From Rhynchobatus australiae (taxonomy: Eukaryota), in contig JAUZTB010000064.1 in the NCBI GenBank assembly GCA_034780895.1, positions 72,426,442 to 72,490,441 of the forward strand: a DNA stretch of 64,000 nt, read 5' to 3'. Below, one piece after another: positions 12,151-22,230 of this stretch. The first letter of the stretch is position 1. Each line of letters begins with the position of its first letter. The position numbers and the translations under genes are program-made. The notes beneath the pieces were generated by a model, which saw only the letters and a list, made by a program, of their open reading frames with translations, searched no databases and had not been told where the DNA came from.

Positions 12151-15100
12151 CAGTCCACCCAAGTAATTGAGCCTGAAGCTGAAGTTTGAATGGATGCTTG
12201 ATCTGCTTACTGGAGCAAAATGCCCACCCATGTCTTGGGTGCCTGGAATGTTATCTGCATATTTTCTTGGCCAAACCTTGGGAATTTGAGTAAGCTAAAT
12301 TCAAGCTAAATTTTTTGAGATATAATGAAGCTGTTGGTAATATTTTTCATTCAATCTTAGAACATTCAGTAAAACAGGTAGCATCATCCTGGCACAGATA
12401 AGCACAAAATCTATTCTGGAAATGTTGCATATGCACAACTCAAAGTTTCTCCTTGGGTGACTTTCGCTGTTTATGACCCTATTCTTTTACCTTATCTAAT
12501 TCAACATGCCATCTGTTGCCAAAACATATCAACAAACTTTAAAAAAGTGTTTAAATACCCTTATCAAGATCATAAATAAAATCACAGGCAATAATAGGAG
12601 TCAGCAGAAGGCCCTGGGAACTTCTGTACATCACCAGGCCCTAATTTGACCACTTTCTGTTGATGTAATTGCAGCATTCTCCTGATCTTTTCTGCTATTC
12701 ACCCAATTAGTATACTCAATTCATTTGCAGGACTTCATTAAAATATATCTGGAAATGAAAATAGATGATATTCACTGTATTCTTTTAGCTGTAGTTGCCA
12801 TATAATTAAGTAAGACTAATTTTCATTGTTCTCTGGATTGTGGCACACCATCCTGTTCCCTGATACACCCAGTCCCCACTCCTGAATCAAAATGGTCCGG
12901 AATATGGGCAACTCAAGTACTAACTGCTTTGGGTGGACAACTTATTAGCCAAATTGAGGTCTTATAAAGAACACAAATGGCTGCCAAATATGAGTGGAGT
13001 TGATTTTATGACCTCTTTCTGCCATCCGCCTGAATTCACTAACCTTTGTTCATCCAGCTAGGCCATCCTGTGAAGCACAACATTCTGAGATCATTTGGAA
13101 TTCAGAAATGTTCTCCCTTTACAGAAACCAAAGTATAGCATTTCATGAGAGTTTTGATTGCTTTAACAAACATGGGTAGAAACTGCTGATAATTTATCTT
13201 GTGAACTCTGAACCAGCCTTATTTATCATTTTAAAGGTTCTGCTTCTCCCAATCAGATATCCAGATGGCAACACAATACTTCCTGCTCTTATGAAGGGTC
13301 TTCAGCCTGAAACATGAACTGGCTTCTCTTTCCACAGAATCTGTCTGACTGGCTGAGTTCTTCTAGCATTTCTGTTTATGTTTCATATTCTAGCATCTGC
13401 AGTTTTATTTGTTTTCTACACCTTCTCAGTTAGAATAACAGGCACTAAAAAGATCAGCACCATGAAGCCCAAATTGCATCTTAGCAGACTAATAAGAGGC
13501 CATACAGAGGAAAACAATAACACTCCCAATGTTTGGATTTTCACCATTCATACATCTCTTCACCTTGACTGCCAAACATAAACAGAGTCAGCACCATGCC
13601 ACCAGAGCAGGGGTCACCAAAAGATGAGAGCAAGGATGAGAATAACTTGGAAAAGGAACAGTTGCTTGCTAACCATATGGGTGACCATAGAATTGCATAA
13701 TATGGATCAATAAAATGTATAGAAATGGATAGTCAGGGACTGGTAGCAGAAACTAACATTTATTAATGTATATTTAGCAATCACATCCAAAGGAATCTTT
13801 GATGGTTCAGTGAACTTGTGGACGCAAAACGATATTTTACAACAAGAAAAATGATTTCCAAACCCACCCCCCGCCACTCACCCATCACTGTATCCGACTC
13901 ACCATTTCTTTCTCCATTCTCTCCCATTCCATCAACATGTCATGAACTTCAATGAAGAAGTACAGATAGGAAATGAACTGTAACAGAAAAATCATGCAAA
14001 TTTGATTGGGCATGGGAAAAAGGAACTATTGATTTTTTGCAAAGAATATAACTGTCAATAGATTATACCCATTCATTACAAGTATGTGAAGAGAGCTAAG
14101 AGTATACTAGGTTCCATCAAAATATTCAATGAAGTAATATGCATAGAGCAAGTTTTTCATTTATAAATAGGTTTGTGATTTTGTTATGCATGATTCACAA
14201 AAGTACATAGGATTACATAGAATTAATGGGTGGATATAGGCCATTTGACCAACCCATCTACGCCAGCTTTTGATCAGCTTGAGTCTCCTCCTGTCTTTCC
14301 TCAATGGAATGTGTCAGCACAATTCTGTATTCCTTTCCTTATCAAATGCTTATCAAGCCTCTGCTTAAATACATCTGTACAGGTGACCCCCATTTTATGG
14401 AAGGGTTGTGTTCCTAGAAAACAATCCTATCACAATTTTCCGTAATGCAAAACCCTATTTCCCACTGAATCCCATGCTATGTGGCAATGTGTTCTTATGG
14501 GATTTTTTTCTCTCAATGGTAATGTTGAGCTGCTGGTTTATGGCAGGGAGCCACTTGAGAGATTTGTTAAGTGGCCAGCAGCTGCATACGGAGACAAGTG
14601 ACTGCAGATGCTCATCACCTTCCAGCCTTCAGTCAGTAAAAGGTGAGCGAGTTGAAACATCACTATGAAATACAAGTTTTCATGTATTTATTCTTCTGCA
14701 TCAGAATTAAGGAAAAACAAGATAAATGCATTCTTTTTATTGTGGAGTATCAGCAATAGAAATGCATGCATAGAAAATTGTGCAGTCTTGAGGCATTTGG
14801 TCTTCTTAATGTTATTGCATGTGGCTCTGTGGAATGAAGGGGGTTTTTATATAATAAGATGGACTTCTAAAACAGACTATGAGCCGAAAGAAATGAATTG
14901 TGAACTGTTGTTCATAAAACATAAATTCAAAATGAGTAGCAAACGTGGTCCTACCAAATCCAGTCTTTTCTAAAAACGTTGGAAATGTTAATGCTGAAAT
15001 CATTACTAGAGTGCAACCTATTCATTAGTTTTATAAAGTGCTGATAACTCAGAACTCTTCCTGTCCATCCAGCTTTGTGTGACAATGAGCAAAGCATCAA

Positions 15101-15304
15101 ACAGGATGACTATCCCCTGAAAGGACAATTGCATACAGCACTCTTATACAAAACTGTATAATGTGTTTCATCACCCCTGACACAAGCGAAAATAGAGGGT
15201 TCAATGCTGATGCAGCACATGAAAGGAAATGAAGTAGCCATTTTGCAGGCTTCCCGCATTAGCAGACCTCAAGATGCACTATATGTAGATTGGGCAATCA
15301 TCCA

Positions 15305-15850
15305 GTTCATGTACAGTTTCGGTCACCCTGTTATAAGAAAGACCTGGCTAAACTGGAAAGAGTGCAGAAAAGATTTAGGAGAATGTTGCCAGGACTAGAG
15401 GGCCTGAGTCCTAGGGAGAGGATGGTCAGGCTAGGTCTTTATTCCTTGGAACACAGGAGAATGAGAGGAGACATTATGAGAAGTGTTTAAAATTATGAGA
15501 GACAAAGATAAGATGGATGGTAACAGTCTTCTCCCCNNNNNNNNNNNNNNNNNNNNNNNNNNGGCATAGGTTTAGGGTGAGAGAGGAAAGATTTAAAAGA
15601 GACCTGCCGGGCAACTTTTTCACACAGAGGGTGGTGAGTATATGGAATGAGCTGCCAGAGGAAGTGGTCAAGGCAGGTACAATAGTATCATTTAAGAAGC
15701 ACTTGGATATGTACATGGAGGGGTGGGGCTTAGAGGGATATGGCTGAATGTAGGAAATTGGGACTATCTGAGTGGGCACCGTGGTTGGCATGGACTGGCT
15801 GTGCCAAAGGACCTGTATCCATACTGTATTGCTCTATGACCCTATGACTA
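15305..15850 (+). mobile_element. CR1/HER1 LINE 3' end
   Basis: VQFRSPCYKKDLAKLERVQKRFRRMLPGLEG...FFTQRVVSIWNELPEEVV, ending in a (ctatga)n tail. Confidence 0.9.
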
Positions 15851-16802
15851 ATTCACTATTACAGGAATGTTCTGTGAGCCTTGACTAGTTATAGGCTGCC
15901 GCCAATAATAATTACAGGCAGTCAGGAGTTCTGAAAGCAGCGAACTAAAGAGCATGCAGACAGTTGATAATGCTGGAAAACAAACAGGGATTAGTGAAAG
16001 GACAAAGTTCCATTGCCTTGGAGTCACAGGAGGAAGGATAGCTTAGCCTAGAAAATCCACTGCAACAAAAAACAGAAGTACAGGCAGCAAGACAGCAAGT
16101 GTTCTTGATTGTGTAAGAACCACATGAAATTGGTGCTACCAGCTCATCGTAACAAGTTAGGCATGCAGCCAGCATCACCTGCATTACACGTTGGCAAAAT
16201 GCCTGTTTGGCAGAACATAGGAATTCAGGCTTCCTCTTAAAAGCTGCTAGCACCTCATAGAACAATGGTACATTCAAGTTGTACGCAACTAGGAATGGCT
16301 TTGGAAGGGAATATTGATTGCACCCACACCCCCAGATCCTAGCTGGTGGTCCTGGTCTAAGTAGTGTTCAGAAGGATAGAGTTCTGGCTCTTATATGCCA
16401 GAAAGAATAAGCCAGGATTGATAAAAATTCTGGGGTTTTTTTGCATTGTGTTTCCCTGATATGTACTGTATCTTTTCTGTAGATTGTTTTCTTGCCTTTG
16501 TGTTTAAACAGTGGCTTTGTATTTAATTTCCAGTCTTTTCCCTACTATTGGTAACGTTTTTTAAAATTTTACCCATTTGCTTACTTGTTAAGTTACTTTG
16601 GGTGGTACTTCCAGAGAATANNNNNNNNNNNNNNNNNNNNNNNNNNNNNNNNNNNNNNNNNNNNNNNNNNNNNNNNNNNNNNNNNNNNNNNNNNNNNNNN
16701 NNNNNNNNNNNNNNNNNNNNNNNNNNNNNNNNNNNNNNNNNNNNNNNNNNNNNNNNNNNNNNNNNNNNNNNNNNNNNNNNNNNNNNNNNNNNNNNNNNNN
16801 NN

Positions 16803-17700
16803 TACCAGAGGGCATACAGTAGGTGGAAGTCTTAAATGAATACTTTTCATCTGTATTACTAAGAACAAGGATTTTGTGGTTAGCATATTCAGGGAGCCGG
16901 GTGGTAAAGTTCTAGAATATGTTATCATGAAAAAGGAGGATATATTAGATGTCTTGGAAGGCTTAAAGGTGGATAAATTCCCAGGGCCTGATAAAATGTC
17001 TCCAAGGCTGCTATGGGAAGCAAGGGAGGATTTTGCTGGGCTCTGATAAAGATTTTCACCGCAGGTGGGATCCAGGATGACAAGAGGTCAGCAAGTGCGG
17101 TACAATTATTAAAAAAGGGAATGAGAAGTAAGCCTACTAATTATAGTCAGTAAGCCTACTAATTATAGTCATGTGTATCTAACATCAGTGGTAGGGCATT
17201 TATTGGAAAAAAAATCTGAAGGACAAGCAGGAAAACCAGGACTTAATCCAAAATAGTTAGTATAGCTTTGTTAAGAGGAAATTATGTCTGGCCAATTTCA
17301 CTGAGGCTTTTGAATGAATGATAGGACGTTATAGAGTATTGAGGAACAAAAGGACTTTGTTCCAAGGATTCCTACAGATGACCACACAGGTAAGGCAGTG
17401 AAGAAGGACACTTGCACTCTAGCCAGGATGCAGAATATAAGAGCAGTGAGGTTATGGTTCAACTTGATCACACATTGGTTAAGCCACAGCTGGAGTCGCT
17501 TGTACAGTTCTGGTCACCACACTACAGGAAGGAAGTGATAGGATAGGATACAGAGAAGGTTCATCAGGATGTTGCCTGGGATGGACATTTTAGTTATAAG
17601 GTGAGACAGGAAAGACTGGGTTTGTTTCCCTGGGAGTGGAGAAGGCTGAGGCAGTGCTCTGAGAGTGCCATATAAAATTATGAGGTGCAGAGACAGGGTT
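16803..17700 (+). mobile_element. CR1 LINE ORF2 fragments with internal deletions
   Basis: Degenerate KSPGPD region (gataaattcccagggcctgat), cagttctggtcaccac and ggatgttgcctgggatgg; 22-bp tandem duplication at about 17128-17171. Confidence 0.8.
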
Positions 17701-18298
17701 GATATTTAATCTTGTATCTTCAGTTTGTTCCCCCATCAAATATTTGTACTTTCTCGCAGACATCACTGTCTGGAAACTACTGCATGCCACTTTTCTGGAA
17801 TTAAAATAACTTCAATAACGCCAACTTCACACTGTGAAGACACATAAAAATTGAAATCTTCAATGTGCAAATAACAAACCAGCACCATCAGGCTTCCCTG
17901 CGCAACATCAGACTGAAACTGGCATTGCTGATTTCATTTTGGAGTTCCCTTTGATGTGTTACAATTTGTCAACATCTGGCAGAGCAGGAGTGATCTTTAC
18001 AGCCACCTCAACAGGGACATACCATAATACAAGCAATATTCTGGTTAAGAACAGTGCCTGAAGGAGGCACATCCTTTGTAAAGGGGGTCAAGGACTCCCT
18101 CCAGGGCTGGAACCAGGCACCAGGGAAGGATTTTGCCAGTGATAAGTCTGTGCAATCTCTAAGTGTCTGCACATTGGGGAAGCCTGCAATGCACGCAAAT
18201 GCTCATGCCCACTCTGCCTGCTTCTGTGGGCTGAAGACAAAACAGATGAAGTTTCTTTTCTCTGAATATAGAGCTTGGGCGACCTCCCTAATCCAGCA

Positions 18299-18370
18299 TC
18301 AATCAGCAGCAACAGCCTGGAATGATCCTAAGACAAGGAAGCTGAAAGCGACTATGATACTGACCTCCAT
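18299..18370 (-). pseudogene. Start codon and signal peptide of the decayed gene
   Basis: tttgtatttgcag|CTTTGCCATGG; MEVSIIVAFSFLVLGSFQAVAAD, then TGA (18301-18299), then CW. Confidence 0.65.
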
Positions 18371-18579
18371 GGCAAAGCTGCAAATACAAATGTGAAAGCG
18401 CAGGATCTTGAGTAGGGCAAAGAATGCAGTTCAAGTACTGGCCTTTTAAATAGGATGGTTTCAGGGAAACCTGGTTGCTAGCAAACAGAAACTATCATTT
18501 CTTTCTGACTAGTGAACTTGAAAACCTCAGAGCATACAAAATTCATTTGCAATATGTTGTACTGTTGATATAATTTTAC

Positions 18580-18604
18580 CTTGTTTTAAACAAGAAATAT
18601 AGAG
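18580..18604 (-). other. Candidate 25-nt 5'UTR exon of the divergent gene
   Basis: ttttccttcttcctag| acceptor and AAG|gtaaaa donor. Confidence 0.45.
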
Positions 18605-18681
18605 CTAGGAAGAAGGAAAATCCCACCAAAAAATGAGGAATCGAATTTTCTGGTAGGTATTGAGAACGCACTCCAGAACCG

Positions 18682-19602
18682 TATGACTAAGCACAGCTCC
18701 AAAGCCATCTTCAAGTTTGCCGATGACACTAAAGTTGTTGGACGAATCACAGGTGGCAATGAGTCAGCTGACTGGAGTGGTACAGGACACCTGGTTGAAT
18801 GGTGCCACCTCTTGCTCAATATCAGCAAAACTAAAGAACTGACTTTTGTCTTCAGGAAGGGGAAGGAGGGCAAACATGCCAGTCTACATTGGGAGATTGG
18901 CAGTGGAGAGTCAGCAGCTTTAAATTTCTGGGCATTAACATAGCAGATGACCTGTTCTGGGTCCAGCATATTGATGTAATCATAAGGAAAGGGCACCAGC
19001 GTCTTTACTTTCTTAGAAGGTTAAAGAGGTTCAGCTTGTCACTGAACACTCTAACAAACTTCTACATATACACTGTTGAAAATATCCTGACTGGTTGCAT
19101 CATGTGCTGGTAGGGCAATTCCAATGCACAGCAATGTAAAAAGCTACAAAGAGTAGTGGCCTTTGCCCAATATATCATGGGCACATCCCTCCTACCATTG
19201 GTACTATCTACAGGAGGACCTACCTCAAGAAGGCAATATCCATCATCAAAGGTCCCCGCCATCCGGGCCATGCCATCTTTTCACAGCTACCATCAGGCAG
19301 GAGGTACAGAAGCCCGAAGACCCACACCACTAGGTTTAAGAACAGCTATTTCCCTTCATTCAGTTCTTGAACCAACCGGNNNNNNNAAACCTTGATCACC
19401 ACTAGTTTAGTAACACTATGACCACTCACTTTGTACTAAAATGGACTTTTTTTTTGTTCTAGTGGCTTTTTTACTTGTAAAAATTGCGTGTAATTTATGT
19501 TTTTCTTGTGAATGCTGCTTATATGATGCTATGTGCCTGTGATGGTGCTGCAAGCAGGTTTTTCATTGCACCTATCCATATGACAATAAACTCGACTTTG
19601 AA
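18682..19602 (+). mobile_element. Rex1/Babar-like LINE 3' part
   Basis: KFADDTKVVGRI, SKTKELTFVFRK, QRLYFLRRL and NFYIYTVENILTGCI; 3' tail with aataaa. Confidence 0.85.
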
Positions 19603-20059
19603 ACATGCCCTAGCTTGCTCCGTTTTGGTTCAAACCATTTTTCTACAGCACATGGACCTTGTTTTCAACCCCATTTTCGTCCCTCAGTAAAGCACTGAGC
19701 TACATATTTTTGTGAACAACCTTGAACATAAATGTAAACTGTTGCTGCGACCTCACGATCAACCTTTGTTGTTTTCTGTTACAACTGTGCAATGGTGTTG
19801 AATTCCGACGTATCGGGAGGAATTGATTACATCTTTTCCAAGCCAGTGAGCATTTTTTTTGTTGGTGTGAATTTGTACTGTGAAATGATCCCCAAACCAG
19901 GGCATTTTCCATTCAGAGGTGTTGACAGGGACCAACCATAGAGAATAAAACTGGGTTAAAGCGGCAGTAGATGCAACATGAGCTCCACAGGTGACTCATT
20001 GCAGCAGAATCCCTGCCCAGGAGTGAGAACACAGCTGCAGGAAAGGGGGTGGAAAGAAG

Positions 20060-20700
20060 ATTAATGACCGGGTCACCTTGAACGCATACTCCGGGTAAGG
20101 TTGTTCGACGAGGAAGACGCGCCGGCCGCCGACACCGCGGTGACTCCCCGCCCCCGCCGGCCGCTTGTGGGCCGGCAGTGCGCAGGCGCGATCCCCAGNN
20201 NNNNNNNNGGGCCGTCCCACAAGGCCGAAGCTCTCGCGATGACATCGGCATCCGTGCGTAGGCGCGGGAGCCCCCTCACCCCTGAGTTTGAAGAGTCTGG
20301 CGGCGAGCGGCGGGACTTCAAGGTAACGAGAGGCGGCGGCGGCGGCGGCGGTAACAACAGGGTCCCAGAGGCCGTGGACCGCACGCAGTCCCACAGCAGC
20401 CACCGGCGGGCAGAGGTGGTAACCCGGGGCCGGCCGCTGTGACCCTGGTTTCCCCCCCCCCCCCCGGNNNNNNNNNNNNNNNNNNNNNNNNNNNNNNNNN
20501 NNNNNNNNNNNNNNNNNNNNNNNNNNNNNNNNNNNNNNNNNNNNNNNNNNNNNNNNNNNNNNNNNNNCCCACCGGCCGCTGCTCCTTTCATGGGAGCCGC
20601 AGTGGGAGCCCCCGTCCGGCCATCGCTGGGTCCACGCCTGAGAGAAGCTGCGGCAGGTGTCCCTGCAGTAAGAAATGGCCTGACCGTTACTGGTCCTGAT
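20060..20700. promoter_or_regulatory. CpG island / putative bidirectional promoter
   Basis: Only CpG-dense segment in the window. GC box 20146-20155, NRF1-like tgcgcaggcgc 20179-20189 and tgcgtaggcgc 20255-20265, BANP/CGCG-like tctcgcgat 20232-20240, CHR-like tttgaa 20287-20292. Outward-facing donors at 20323 (+) and 20076 (-). Confidence 0.8.
20250..20322 (+). other. ANAPC4: ANAPC4 non-coding exon 1 (start approximate)
   Basis: AAG|gtaacg donor in the CpG island; the next exon has an acceptor 10 nt before the ATG, so an upstream exon is required. Confidence 0.6.
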
Positions 20701-20869
20701 GGAAGTCCACATCCGTGTTATAGCGAGTAGCACCTCAACAACCCTATACACAGTCATGTACCGGGAAATGCACCCCAACACCTCAGTGCTGATTCCCTGA
20801 TGATAAGTTGCATCTCATGGTTTCATCCCTGGCCTCTTTACTAATCTCAATTTTAATTGCTCTGCCAGG

Positions 20870-21660
20870 TAACCAGACTGGGAGCAGGAGTAGGCCTTTC
20901 GGCCCTCGAACCTGTTCTGCAGTTTAATAAGGCCATTGGCCGATGTGATTGTTCGGCCAATGGCCTTATTAAACCTTATTGTCAAGCAGACATTCCTCTC
21001 TGCTCGTAATCTTTCGCTCCCACTTTTCCTATCTGCTTCGGCCTTCAAAATATTCAACGGCTCTGCTTTCACCAACCTTCGAGGAAGGATTGAAATCGAG
21101 GTCCTCTGGAAGGAAAAAAGGGAATTGGCTCACTGCTTTAAATGTGTAACCGTTTTTAAATGACAACCCCTAATTTGATATTCTCCCACNNNNNNNNNNN
21201 NNNNNNNNTATCCACCCTGTCAAGAACCTTCAGGATTTTCTAAGTTTCAATCGTTCCCACATTTATAAACTGCAGCAGATTTAAACTTTAGCAGATGATA
21301 AACTACCCACTGCAACTATTAGTCTTGTAAACTTCTGATTTGCTTTGAATGTGTAAAGTCCTTCCATAAATATGGGGAACAATACTGTACATGATGCCCC
21401 AAATGTGTTTGCACCAGTGTCTTATATAACTGAAGTATAATCTCTCTACTTTATGATTATTCACAGAATGAACAGTGGCATTCTGCTGACTTTCATCTTG
21501 AGCAGCCTTCTGCAATTTCAGCATGAAGACACCTGAATGCCTTTGCATATCAGAGCTGTGTAATCTCCCAACATTTAGATAATATGCTTTTTATTTTTTG
21601 CTGCCTAAATGGACAATTTCATTTTTTCCCACTTTATATTCCATCTGCCAGATCTTTGCC
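20870..21660 (-). mobile_element. CR1 LINE fragments
   Basis: ggagcaggagtaggcc..tcggccctcga tail and antisense ORF2 remnants (actttatattccatctgcca). Confidence 0.6.
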
Positions 21661-21789
21661 CACTTACTTTATCCATACCTCTTTGTTGCCATTGGCGGTA
21701 GTCAATTAGCCAGGGTACTCCATCCAAAAACCTTTTCTTCTGTCTATAGAAGACAGTCAAAAGCATTTGTTCATCTGCCCTAAATTCTG

Positions 21790-22230
21790 TCAACTGTGGC
21801 GCAGTGAACAGCATTCTTGACTCAGAAGTGTGCAGATGTAAGTCCTACTCCAGAAAGGATCATAAAAATACAGGCTGACATTCTAGAGCAGGACTGAGGA
21901 ATGACTTCACATTTTGTGCTGCTATCCCAGATAAGAGATGTTAAATTGAGCTCTGGCCTGTTCTTTCATATTAATGTAAAAGATCCTGTGCACTGCTGAG
22001 AAAAAGCAGGAGAGTTTTTTCTGGTGTTTGTTCATTAGAAAGCAGATTATCCAGTCCATTGCACTGCAATTTTTGGGAGAATGCCTGCCATGTTACCTGT
22101 CTTGTAGTGGAGACTACATGCTCACTGTCCCCATACACTGCTTGGTGTCAGATTTTGTCTGACAATGTTTCTGTGAAGTGCCTTAGGCACTTTGTTACAT
22201 AAAAGACTTTCTATAGATACAAGTTGTTTG
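21790..22230 (+). mobile_element. Deu-domain (SacSINE/AmnSINE-like) SINE, degenerate
   Basis: gatgttaaa...gtaaaagatcc..gcactg..gagaaaaagcaggagagtt..ctggtgt and an L2-like tail (gtgaagtgcctt...ctatagatacaagttgtt). Confidence 0.5.

Larger units (their letters stand above)
2746..18377 (-). pseudogene. Decayed multi-exon gene for a signal-peptide-bearing type I membrane protein, resembling a CatSper auxiliary subunit (gamma-like)
   Basis: Minus-strand AG...GT-bounded blocks in non-repetitive DNA: 18377-~17750, ~16260-15945, 14969-~14860, 12748-12559, 12512-12491, 11451-11311, 11150-11094, 10491-10387, 9882-9651, 9231-9132, 6477-6221, 5471-~5300, 5124-5048, 3339-~2750. gccATGG at 18370 opens a signal peptide. 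Motifs are colinear with human CATSPERG as recalled. Many in-frame stops and frameshifts. Confidence 0.55.

Noticed and set aside
14378-14800. Possible Tigger/mariner-type MITE starting tacaggtgacccc
   Set aside because: No matching second terminal inverted repeat could be identified.
20239-20322. Upstream ATG that would form an out-of-frame uORF overlapping the ANAPC4 start
   Set aside because: The ATG sits among promoter motifs and probably lies upstream of the TSS; it cannot be supported without 5'-end data.
20568-20667. Possible alternative ANAPC4 first exon ending at CA|gtaaga
   Set aside because: Only a donor-like hexamer next to a gap; insufficient evidence.
19913-20781. Several overlapping ORFs across the CpG island
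   Set aside because: GC-rich, stop-poor promoter sequence plus Ns; low-complexity translations without recognisable homology.
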